A DNA stretch of 64,000 nucleotides, from NCBI GenBank assembly GCA_963836185.1, contig CAWIIQ010000001.1, positions 576,001-640,000 on the forward strand, written 5' to 3'. A program made the translations under genes and the position numbers. Source of the DNA: Candidatus Krumholzibacteriia bacterium. GTDB lineage: Bacteria > Krumholzibacteriota > Krumholzibacteriia > Krumholzibacteriales > Krumholzibacteriaceae. The notes beneath the pieces were generated by a model. It did not search any database. It saw nothing but the letters and a program-made list of their open reading frames with translations, and was not told the origin of the DNA. This document shows positions 10,673 through 20,123 of the stretch, piece by piece; the first letter of the stretch is position 1; every line of letters starts with the position of its first letter.

Positions 10673-11557
10673 TCACTGCGACAGTGTTGAGGAAGATTGT
10701 GCAGAATTCGAACCGAGTATGTCGAGTCCCTCTTCGAGCATCTTTTCCGCCTTTTTGTCTCTGACTTTCTGGCTTTTCGCCCCGAGCACGACTGCGATGG
10801 CCCTGTTATCTTCATCGACCGCTGTCGCCGCGATTGAAAAGCCGGCAGCCCAGAAAAAACCGGTCTTAAGCCCGTCACATCCCTCCATCGTTCGGAGCAG
10901 ATTGTTGTGGTTCTCCAGAAGGAAGGGCACCTCCGCCTCCGTCCTGAAGGGACGACGCCAGGTGGACGTGTATCTCAAAGCATCTGGCTTCTTAAGAAGC
11001 TCACGGCACAGCATTGCGATATCACGCGGAGTGGAGACATCGGGCCGCTGCCCCCTGCCAGGGGGGAGACCGTGCACCGAGTGGAAGACCGTATCCTTCA
11101 TCCCTATCTTCTTCGCGCGCTTGTTCATCAGATCCACGAAGACCTCTTTGCTGCCCATATAATGGATCGCGAGCGCCACTGCTGCATCATTCGCTGACTG
11201 GACCATCAGCGCATAAAGCATCTCATCGACGGAAAACACCTCATTATCCTTCAGGTATACCTGGGATCCGCCGATCGTGGAGGACGCGGCCGTCACCCTG
11301 ACAGGATCGTCGAAGGTCAGATGCTCGGCGTCTATGGCATCAAGGAGCAGGAGCAGCACCATCAGTTTCGTGATGCTTGCCGGATAGGCCCTGACGTCGG
11401 GCTTATCCTCAAAAAGCACATCTCCGGTCGCCGCATCGATCAAGATGGCGCCGGCATACGGATCCCTTGACACTATTTTCATTGAAGTTGCGGAGTCGGA
11501 GATGAATATCCCCATCAGGATGATGACGATAGTGATCAGTGTCATGTTCAGTTTCAT
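10673..11557 (-). CDS. D-alanyl-D-alanine carboxypeptidase (peptidase S11)
   Basis: PASITK (SxxK), SAN (SxN), LKTG; signal peptide. Confidence 0.9.
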   Translation of the reverse strand: MKLNMTLITIVIILMGIFISDSATSMKIVSRDPYAGAILIDAATGDVLFEDKPDVRAYPASITKLMVLLLLLDAIDAEHLTFDDPVRVTAASSTIGGSQVYLKDNEVFSVDEMLYALMVQSANDAAVALAIHYMGSKEVFVDLMNKRAKKIGMKDTVFHSVHGLPPGRGQRPDVSTPRDIAMLCRELLKKPDALRYTSTWRRPFRTEAEVPFLLENHNNLLRTMEGCDGLKTGFFWAAGFSIAATAVDEDNRAIAVVLGAKSQKVRDKKAEKMLEEGLDILGSNSAQSSSTLSQ

Positions 11558-11765
11558 GAATTACGCCTTCGTTCCTTTGTCCGGTTCACTGTAATGACGG
11601 CGAAAGTGTATTGTACAGTCATAGCTAGCGTCAAGATAAGCTCTCATTCCACCGGGCGCCATAGCTACAGATCTATGATAGGGGAGACAGTGAGTGGAAC
11701 GGGTGGATACGGTTCCAGCTTGGGGACGCTGTTCGAAGGATCCCAAAATAGAATTGGCTCCCCAT

Positions 11766-12785
11766 TCAGGACTTGAACCTGATATTCAGGAATGCCGACA
11801 ATGTAGCGCTATTACTGCCGTAACCGTCATCAGGGCGGGTGGCCATATCGATCCGGAAATCTACGCGTTGCGATGAGAGTCCCACTCCTACGCCGAAGGT
11901 GGTATCACTGTATAATCGGCCGGACGCAACGCCGATTCTCAGGTACAGCATCTTAAGAAGTGACAGCTCAGAGGCGAAGCGAAACAGGCTTCCTTCATAG
12001 TCCTCTATGTAATCTGACTCGATATTTGTCATGATCGTGACCAGGGGTGCCTTGAATCCCAGGCGTTCGTTGATAGAATGAATACTTCTGCCTTCGTAGA
12101 GGAGTGTTATCCCCAGCCTGTAGGCCCATTGAGAGTCGTCGTTGTAATAGTAGACCATTTCCGGGTTGCAGAACTGGCTCAGCTTCAGCCGCCGGTTGAG
12201 GCTCCCGCCGAATGCGGCTATGGTCCTTCCTCCATCGCTGTTGTTGTGCAGATATCCTATCCTCGCTCCGTAATCCCATGCCCAGCCAGAAGCTGTGTTT
12301 TGTGTGGGAGCAGCGAACCATAAATATTCACAGCAGACATTATCAAGATTTCTCGCCGTAACCCCGAATCCCGCTATCAGTCCGTTGGCTGCATTCAACT
12401 CCAGGGCGCCTGTGAATCCTGTGTATCTATCGTCAGGACATTGATGGCCCTGGTAGAGATTTATACCGTGAGCCGCGGCTGCCAATCTGATAATGCTCCC
12501 GTCTGCGTCTAAATCAAAACCAGCTCCTGCCAGCCAGCTGATGTCGCTGTCTTCCTGGAAGAACGCTCCGTTGCTGGAGCCGGAGAGGTAAATCCCTTCG
12601 ATCGCTCCGATGACCGCCGGATTTCGGATCAGGTTCCAGGGATCATTTCCGTCAGCTATGCCGGTCGATCCCATTCCTGTCGATCTCGCCGATGGAACGT
12701 AACTCAATACATCCCAGCCACGGGCGGGGCGCGCTGATACGAGGAATCCTGCAAGGGTTGCCAGGATCAGGGCCGATCTCATCAT
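11766..12785 (-). CDS. PorV/FadL-like outer membrane beta-barrel
   Basis: Signal peptide; SARSTGMG...NPA N-terminal motif; LYLRIG...TFGVGV; aromatic near C-terminus. Confidence 0.6.
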   Translation of the reverse strand: MMRSALILATLAGFLVSARPARGWDVLSYVPSARSTGMGSTGIADGNDPWNLIRNPAVIGAIEGIYLSGSSNGAFFQEDSDISWLAGAGFDLDADGSIIRLAAAAHGINLYQGHQCPDDRYTGFTGALELNAANGLIAGFGVTARNLDNVCCEYLWFAAPTQNTASGWAWDYGARIGYLHNNSDGGRTIAAFGGSLNRRLKLSQFCNPEMVYYYNDDSQWAYRLGITLLYEGRSIHSINERLGFKAPLVTIMTNIESDYIEDYEGSLFRFASELSLLKMLYLRIGVASGRLYSDTTFGVGVGLSSQRVDFRIDMATRPDDGYGSNSATLSAFLNIRFKS

Positions 12786-12972
12786 CTGGACCCACTCTTC
12801 CCCAGGGGATAGATGTCAATACAGGGGAGTAATCAGGGGATTCAGGGGGGTTCCGCTTACATGAATATTGTATGAGACAGGCCAGCCAGCGTCAATGACA
12901 TTAATTGCCCGTTTGCCAGTTTCCATCTTTCTGCTATCCTCTCTAACCGAGTCCGGAATCTTGGAGGAAAAA

Positions 12973-14973
12973 ATGAATATGATGACGAAGAGGGCGGCAT
13001 GCGCCCTCATGCTGACACTTGTTCTGGCTGCTTCGGCTGCGGGTGCGGGAGCGAAGGAACCATTGACCATAGGTGAAATGTTCAGGATCCGGCAGGTGTC
13101 CTCGCCGGTGATATCGCCCGGTGGCAGGTACATAGCCTACGTGGTAGAGGAACCGGCAGATACGCTCAAGGATCAGAGAACAGGGAACCCCGACATCTGG
13201 GTGATCGATCTCGAGGACAGAGACCATCCGAGGCAGTTCGCTTTCAGCTGTTCGCGCGAGACCTCGCCGGCATGGTCTCTGGATGACTTGTATCTCTACT
13301 TCCTCTCGGACAGGGGGGATGAGAAGAAGACACAGGTCTGGAGGATCGCCGTATCAGGTGGAGAGGCCGAGCAGGTGACATCGCTCGAAGGGGGCGCCGT
13401 ATCTTTCGCGCTCAGCCCTGACGGATCGAAGCTGGCGGTAACCTCCGGAATGGGTGAGACCGCTGAAGAGAAAAGGGCTCGCTCAGAGGGCAGCGACTGG
13501 AAGATCGTGGGAGAGGACAGGACCATTCACCGCCTGTGGATCGTCGACATTGAAACGGGGGAGTCCAGCCCCGTCACTCCCGAGGGATTCCACGTCTCTT
13601 CGGCTTCGTGGTCGCCCGCAGGCAGCGAGCTCGCGATGATAACGGCCGATGCTTCTGGGAGCAACGAGACATACTTCAATTCGAGGCTCGAACTGCTCGA
13701 TCTCTCCGACCGCAGCATCGATCTTGTAACGGGTAACGCGCGCGGAAACCCTTCCTGGTCACATGACGGAAAACGCATCGCCTTTATATACAGGCAGAGA
13801 CTCGAGGGGAACACTCTTCCGGCCGGCATCGTGGCAGTAATAAATACAGACGGCACCGGCTTGAAGCTCCTCGGTGAGCGCCACGAGGGGACCCTCGTCA
13901 ACCCGGTCTGGATGCAGAAGGACGAAAAACTTCTCGTGATCAATCTCAACGGCGTCCGCGGAGAGCTCGCTACCGTATCGGTCGGCGATTCGAAGGTCGA
14001 GAGGATCGAGGAACTCGATATCCCCTATTACCTGCGCAAGTCGTTCGATATATCGCGCGACGGTTCGAGGATCGTCTTCCTGAAGGGGAGCGCCAAGTCG
14101 CCCCCCGAGGTCTGGCTCTGGGAGAGTGGCCTTTTGAAGGGAAGCGACCAGCTGACACGCATTCACAGGTGGCTCGAGGAGAAGGAACTGCCCGAGGCGA
14201 AGGTGGTAAGGTGGAAGAGCCGAGACGGTACCGAGATCGAAGGGGTACTGTGGCTTCCTGGCGGATTCAGGAAAGACGGGTCATATCCCGCAGTGGTCAA
14301 TGTACACGGTGGCCCCATGTGGGCATGGTGGTACGGGTGGCACGGCAACTGGCACGACTGGGCGATTCCTCTGGCGTCCCGCGGCTTTGTCGTCCTTCTG
14401 CCCAACCCGAGGGGGAGCATGGGGTACGGCCCGGGGTTTGCCAGAGCGAACTTCGACGACTGGGGCGGCGGCGACTACGAGGATGTGATCTCAGGCGCTG
14501 ATTTTCTCGTAAGCGAAGGGTACGCCTCGCGGGAGAGGCTCGGCATCGGCGGCTGGAGCTATGGGGGATTCATGGCCTCTTGGGCCGTTACGAAGACCGC
14601 CCGTTTTTCGGCGGCCGTAGTCGGCGCCGCCGTGACGAACCTCTTCAGTTTCCACGGCACGACTGATATCACCCCGACATTCCTCGAGGAATACTTCAGG
14701 GAGGTCGCCTACAAGAGGGCGGAGGCGTACAGGAGCCACTCCCCGGTCGAGTTCGTTACAGGTTCGAGGACCCCGACGCTAGTGCTCCACGGCGAGAACG
14801 ACGCGCGCGTCCCCGTTTCTCAAGGGTATGAGTTCTATAACGGGCTGAAGCAGTCAGGCGTCGAAGTCGAGATGGTCGTCTATCCCCGCGAGGGGCACGG
14901 ATTCAGGGAGATACGCCACCAGATCGACCTTATCGAGCGGGTCGTCGGCTGGTTCGAGCTCCATCTGAAATAA
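12973..14973 (+). CDS. S9-family peptidase (dipeptidyl aminopeptidase/acylaminoacyl peptidase), exported
   Basis: RBS GGAGG; signal peptide; PD40-like repeats; HGGP, GWSYGG, D.RVP, EGHG. Confidence 0.9.
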   Translation: MNMMTKRAACALMLTLVLAASAAGAGAKEPLTIGEMFRIRQVSSPVISPGGRYIAYVVEEPADTLKDQRTGNPDIWVIDLEDRDHPRQFAFSCSRETSPAWSLDDLYLYFLSDRGDEKKTQVWRIAVSGGEAEQVTSLEGGAVSFALSPDGSKLAVTSGMGETAEEKRARSEGSDWKIVGEDRTIHRLWIVDIETGESSPVTPEGFHVSSASWSPAGSELAMITADASGSNETYFNSRLELLDLSDRSIDLVTGNARGNPSWSHDGKRIAFIYRQRLEGNTLPAGIVAVINTDGTGLKLLGERHEGTLVNPVWMQKDEKLLVINLNGVRGELATVSVGDSKVERIEELDIPYYLRKSFDISRDGSRIVFLKGSAKSPPEVWLWESGLLKGSDQLTRIHRWLEEKELPEAKVVRWKSRDGTEIEGVLWLPGGFRKDGSYPAVVNVHGGPMWAWWYGWHGNWHDWAIPLASRGFVVLLPNPRGSMGYGPGFARANFDDWGGGDYEDVISGADFLVSEGYASRERLGIGGWSYGGFMASWAVTKTARFSAAVVGAAVTNLFSFHGTTDITPTFLEEYFREVAYKRAEAYRSHSPVEFVTGSRTPTLVLHGENDARVPVSQGYEFYNGLKQSGVEVEMVVYPREGHGFREIRHQIDLIERVVGWFELHLK

Positions 14974-15090
14974 TCGGTCGATTTATCCCGCAGGACCGAT
15001 AAAACGGGTTGAGTAATCTGCGCCGGAGTTGTAGACTCCATCTTTTCCGGTAGCACCACATAACAACCAGCCACCCCTCGGAGGTCTCAC

Positions 15091-16542
15091 ATGAGCGGTC
15101 TCTTCGGCGTTGTTTCCAGTGAAAGATGCAGCGAGTATCTCCTCTATGGAACCGATTACCATTCGCACCTCGGGACGCAGTTCGGCGGCGCGGCGGTTCT
15201 AGGTGAAGATTTCGAGAGGCAGATCCACAACATAAGCAACAATCAGTTCAAGTCGAAGTTCGCCGAGGACCTCCTTGCCATGAAGGGCGGGATGGGGATC
15301 GGCGTCATCAGCGCGTCCGAAGAGCAGCCGATCTATATTAATTCAAAGTTCGGCCCCTTCTGCATAGTGACCGACGGATATCTCGACAATGCCCACGAGC
15401 TGACCGAGGAGCTTCTCGCCGAGGGTGTGACCTTCAGCGAGGTCGGCGACGGTATCGTCAACTTCACCGAGCTGGTAGCCAAGCTGATCACGAAAGGCGA
15501 CTCGATCCCCGACGGAATTACGAAGATGTTCGAGCGGATAGACGGCTCTATCTGCCTGCTTATGCTGCACGGCGACGGCATATACGCCGCCCGTGACAGG
15601 CTCGGTTATTTCTCGCTGGCGGTCGGCCAGAACAAGGACGGCTGGGCGGTCAGTTCGGAGACGACGGCTTTTCCCAACCTCGATTTCGAACTGATGAAAT
15701 TCCTCCGGCCAGGAGAGGTCCTTCTGCTCGGCCCGAACGGGCTCAGGCAGGAAAAAGAAGGGCACGATGATCAGCAGACATGCGCCTTCCTCTGGATATA
15801 CACAGGTTTTCCAGCCTCGTTCTACGAGGGGATCAACGTCGAGACGGTCCGCGAAAGGTCGGGCAGGGCGATGGCCAGAAAGGACAGCGATATCGAGGTC
15901 GACGTGGTCGCGGGAATACCCGACTCGGGGACCTCTCACGCTATAGGGTACGCGATGGAATCGGGGAAGCCGTACAGGCGTCCCCTCGTAAAATATACGC
16001 CTGGATACGGCCGCAGCTACATTCCGCCGTCTCAGGACATTCGTGACCATGTTGCCAAGATGAAGCTCGTGCCGAACAAGGCGATCATCGACGGGAACAG
16101 GATCATCATCTGCGAGGATTCGATCGTGCGCGGGACGCAGCTGAAGAACTTTACCGTCAAGAAGCTCGTAGCCGACGGCGCGAAGGAGATCCACGTGCGG
16201 CCCGCATGCCCGCCGCTGATGTTCCCCTGCCGTTTCAACCTCTCGACCCGCGATATCGACGAGCTTGCCGCCCGCAAGGCGATAAGGGATATCGAGGGCA
16301 GCGACATAGCGGACATCTCGGAGTATCTCGATCCGTCAACCGAGAAGTACGCGAAGATGATCGACTGGATCCGCAAGGATATCGAGGTCACCACGCTTCG
16401 CTACCAGACGATAGAGGACATGGTCGAGGCGATAGGTGTCCCGAAGGAGAAGCTCTGCCTCTACTGCTGGAACGGCGAGTACCCGGAGCCCGGTTCGGGC
16501 TGCGCCGGGTGCGGCAAGGAAGAGGTCGGCGCCAAAGCGTGA
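15091..16542 (+). CDS. purF: Amidophosphoribosyltransferase, variant lacking Cys1
   Basis: YAARDRLG, GIPDSG, EDSIVRGT, EIHVR.ACPP, CLYC; N-terminus MSGLFG rather than MCG. Confidence 0.85.
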   Translation: MSGLFGVVSSERCSEYLLYGTDYHSHLGTQFGGAAVLGEDFERQIHNISNNQFKSKFAEDLLAMKGGMGIGVISASEEQPIYINSKFGPFCIVTDGYLDNAHELTEELLAEGVTFSEVGDGIVNFTELVAKLITKGDSIPDGITKMFERIDGSICLLMLHGDGIYAARDRLGYFSLAVGQNKDGWAVSSETTAFPNLDFELMKFLRPGEVLLLGPNGLRQEKEGHDDQQTCAFLWIYTGFPASFYEGINVETVRERSGRAMARKDSDIEVDVVAGIPDSGTSHAIGYAMESGKPYRRPLVKYTPGYGRSYIPPSQDIRDHVAKMKLVPNKAIIDGNRIIICEDSIVRGTQLKNFTVKKLVADGAKEIHVRPACPPLMFPCRFNLSTRDIDELAARKAIRDIEGSDIADISEYLDPSTEKYAKMIDWIRKDIEVTTLRYQTIEDMVEAIGVPKEKLCLYCWNGEYPEPGSGCAGCGKEEVGAKA

Positions 16543-16577
16543 CGGCCGGAGAGGCCTGCTTGAAGTGAGGTGATCTT

Positions 16578-17084
16578 ATGGCGATACGGGAGATCCTTCA
16601 ACTCGGCAACCCGGACCTGTACGATATCTCTATCGAGGTCGAGAAGGATGAACTCGACCTTATGAGGGATATCGTATCCGACCTTGCGGACACGATGTTC
16701 GCTTTCCGCGAGAAGTACGGGGTGGGGCAAGCGATTGCGGCCCCCCAGATCGGCGTGCGCAAGCGGATGGTCTACATGAACACCGGCGAACCTGTCGTTC
16801 TGCTCAATCCCGAGATAACGAAGAAGAGCATCGAGATGATGGAGGTCTGGGACGACTGCATGAGTTTTCCCGAACTGCTCGTCAGGGTGCGGCGGCACAG
16901 ATCGATAACCGTCGCTTACAGGGACCTCGAGTGGAATGAGAAGGAACTAGAGGCCGAAGATGAACTCTCCGAACTACTGCAGCACGAGATCGATCATCTC
17001 GACGGGGTGCTGGCCGTGATGAGGGCCACGGACGAGCATTCGTTCGTAACGAGAAGCGAAAGGTGGCGGGTCAAGGGTCAGTGA
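16578..17084 (+). CDS. def: Peptide deformylase, variant motifs
   Basis: AIAAPQIG, DDCMS, QHEIDHLDG. Confidence 0.85.
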   Translation: MAIREILQLGNPDLYDISIEVEKDELDLMRDIVSDLADTMFAFREKYGVGQAIAAPQIGVRKRMVYMNTGEPVVLLNPEITKKSIEMMEVWDDCMSFPELLVRVRRHRSITVAYRDLEWNEKELEAEDELSELLQHEIDHLDGVLAVMRATDEHSFVTRSERWRVKGQ

Positions 17085-17087
17085 TCC

Positions 17088-17864
17088 CTATTCCTCGTCC
17101 CGTTTTTCAAGCTCTGTTACCAGTGCGGCCACGACTTCCTCGGCAATATCTACGAGCAGGACCTTGTTGAGTGATTCCCCTTTGTGATTTTCCACCGCCG
17201 AGATGACTGCGGCTGCCGATTCTTCCGCTCCTATACCGCCGTCGACATATCCCAGCCCGGGAATGGCCGCTGTCTCCGCCTCGAGCTCTTCAGCTTCCTT
17301 CAGAGCCGATGACAGGGCGGCGGTCACAGATCCGGCCGTGATCGCGCCCGAGCCGTCCCTGACGGCTGCGTGGATCACATTTTCCGCGGTGAGGCTGCCT
17401 GATCCCGTAGATACGGCGCTGCCCGCTGCGATCGGAGCCTTTTCCTTCGATTCCTTTTCGATCTCTTCGCCACCTGCATCCCTCACCGCTGCCGCGGCTC
17501 CTGCCGCCATGCTGCCGTCAGGTTCGACGGGGGTGACTATCGCGTCGGAGAAGACCTCCGTGATATCGGAGAGGCGGACCTCAACGCCGATCTCGCCGAT
17601 CGATGTGATGTACCTGTTCTCGTCCATCGCTATCCCGGCGAGGATCACGTCGGGGCGCTTCTTGAAATCGGCGATCATCGCCTCTCCCTTTCGGCCCGCA
17701 TAGCCCGCCGCCCTGAATACTTCCGATGGATCTATTTCGCCCTTCTCCCAGGCCGCTATCTTCTCCGAGAGGGGCCCGATGAGCTCGCCGGATCTCCTGC
17801 GCCTCATACGCTCTATGAATTCCTTCTTTCTTATATCCCGGGGGTCGTCGTCGAAAAGCATCAT
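17088..17864 (-). CDS. Macro-domain protein with N-terminal helical extension
   Basis: SDITE..SDAIV, GSAVSTGSGSLTAENVIHAAV, AIPGLG; RBS GGAGG before ATG 17864. Confidence 0.7.
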   Translation of the reverse strand: MMLFDDDPRDIRKKEFIERMRRRRSGELIGPLSEKIAAWEKGEIDPSEVFRAAGYAGRKGEAMIADFKKRPDVILAGIAMDENRYITSIGEIGVEVRLSDITEVFSDAIVTPVEPDGSMAAGAAAAVRDAGGEEIEKESKEKAPIAAGSAVSTGSGSLTAENVIHAAVRDGSGAITAGSVTAALSSALKEAEELEAETAAIPGLGYVDGGIGAEESAAAVISAVENHKGESLNKVLLVDIAEEVVAALVTELEKRDEE

Positions 17865-17965
17865 TTCCTCCATTTTGGGTCTTTTCACAATCCGCCGCAG
17901 ATTATATCCTATCGGGACTGCGGCAGAAAGCCGCAAGTGAAAGCACCGTATCGAAAGGAGCTGGA

Positions 17966-20051
17966 ATGAGAAGGATATCAGTTCTTCTGATAGCGATAGC
18001 GCTGGCGGCAGCGGTCGCTTCCCCGGCGGCGGCCGAGGGAAAGAAGCCCTGGACGCCGGACGACCTGTGGAGACTCAAAAGGGTCGGAGGCAACCAGGTC
18101 TCGCCCGACGGCAAATGGATCGCCTATGTCGTGAGCGTGACCGATTTCGAAGAGAACAGGGGTAATTCGGATATCTGGATCATCCCGGCCGAAGGCGGAG
18201 AGCCGCGCAGGATGACCACGAGCCCCAAGAGCGACAACCACCCTCGCTGGTCGCCCGATGGTAAAAGAATCGCATTTCTATCCTCGCGAGGCGACTCGAG
18301 GCAGATCTACATCCTGCCGGTGCGGGGGGGAGAGGCAAGGCAGGCAACCGATATCTACGGCGGCGTGGGCGACTTCATCTGGACGCATGACGGGACCGGG
18401 TTCATCTTCACTGCGCGCACCTATCCCGGATGCGAGGATTTCGACTGCGTAAAAGAGAAGGACGAAGAGAAGGAGGAGTGCAAGGTCTCCGCGATGGTCC
18501 ACAAGAGCCTGATGTACAGGCACTGGGACACGTACGAGGACGGTAAGGTCCAGCATCTCTTCCATATCGCCGCCGAGGACGGCGAACCACGAAATCTTAC
18601 TCCGGACCTGAAGTTCGACGCGCTGACCTATTGGCTCGCTTCGGCGGGGAGGGAGTTCGAGCTCAGTCCCGACGGAAAGACGGTATACTTCGCCGGGAAG
18701 CAGGACGAGGACCAGGCCGTCTCGTACAACGAGGAGATCTGGATGGTCCCCTTCGACGGCGGCGAGGTCACCAGGGTGACATCGAATCCGGCCGCCGACA
18801 GCCATCCCCGCGTATCCCCCGACGGAAAGTATCTCGCGTACCGCGCGACACGAAGGCCGGGATACGAATCGGACAGGTACGAACTGACCGTTATCAAGCT
18901 CCCCGATGGAGAGCCGGTATCGCTGACTCCCGATTACGACCGCAGCGTCGGCTCGTTCTTCTGGTCGCATGACGGGAAGAAGATCTACTTCACCGCCGAG
19001 GACCGGGCCGACATCAACCTCTTCAGCGTTTCGGCGAAGGGTGGCAAGGTCGAGACCGTGATCGGAGGCAAGGGGGATGTGGGGCGAGGTTATCATCTCA
19101 GCGTGCAGCCGGGCCCGAAGGACAAGTTCTTCACATATCTCTACAGGCCGATGGTCCACTACTACGAGATATTCCGCTGCAACAGCAAGGGCGGCGGAGT
19201 CAAGAAACTCACCGGCGTCAATGACGATCTCTATGCCGAATATCATTTCCCCGACGCGGAGGAGATGTGGTTCGAGGGCGCGGAGGGAGCGAAGGTCCAC
19301 GGATTTCTCGTAAAGCCGATGAACTTCGATCCGGGCAGGACCTATCCGCTGCTCGTACGGATCCACGGCGGGCCGCAGCAGATGTTCGGGTATGCGTACA
19401 GGACGGAGTACGCCGTCTTCTCCGGCGCCGACTATGCCGTCTTCTTCTGCAACCCGCGCGGGTCCACGGGGTACGGCCAGGAGTTCTGCGACGGTATCAA
19501 CGGCGACTGGGGCGGCAAGGTGATCGAGGATATCAAGAAGCGGCGTACGCCACGTCCTGGCGAACTACGACTGGGTCGATGGCAGCAAGGTCGCCGGCTG
19601 GGGCGGATCGTTCGGCGGATTCGTCTGCAACTGGCTGCAGGGGCACAACGAGGACAAGATGTTCTCGGTCCTCGTCACCCATGCGGGCGAGGCCGATCAG
19701 TGGAGCTCATACGGCTCGACCGAAGAGCTGTGGTTCCCCGAGTGGGAGTTCTTCGGAGCGCCGTGGGACAAGCCGGAGCTCAATGACCTCTACTCGCCGA
19801 TACGGTACGCGAAGAACTTTTCTACTCCTCACCTGATAATCCACGGCGAACTCGACTTCCGCGTTCCGATCACAGGCGGCGAGCAGATGTTCACGGCGCT
19901 GCAGCGCCTCGGAGTGCCGTCGAAGATGATCAGGTACCCGGACGAGAACCACTGGATCATGCAGCCTCATAACGCGCGCTTCTGGTACGCGTCGATACTG
20001 GACTGGTGCGAGCAGTGGCTCCGTCGCGATGGAGCTGAGAAGGAAGAATAA
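17966..20051 (+). CDS. S9-family peptidase, exported (one frameshift near 19540)
   Basis: ORF 17966..19786 (SPDGK repeats, HGGP, NPRGS) joins the frame of 19659..20051 through GGSFGG; DFRVP, DENH. Confidence 0.85.
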
Positions 20052-20053
20052 AG

Positions 20054-20121
20054 AAACGGCCGGCTTTACCCTCGGTCTCCCCGGAGGAACCGAGGTCGAC
20101 TACGGGTAAAGCCGGCCGTTT
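20054..20121. terminator. Long bidirectional hairpin between convergent genes
   Basis: Perfect 18-bp inverted repeat AAACGGCCGGCTTTACCC/GGGTAAAGCCGGCCGTTT with a nested hairpin. Confidence 0.7.
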
Positions 20122-20123
20122 TG

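Noticed and set aside
2600-12900. Integron cassette array
   Set aside because: Mixed gene orientation, individual promoters, and no attC core sites or integrase seen.
14974-15090. Purine/PRPP/ZTP riboswitch before purF
   Set aside because: No conserved aptamer motifs recognised; an Rfam scan would settle it.
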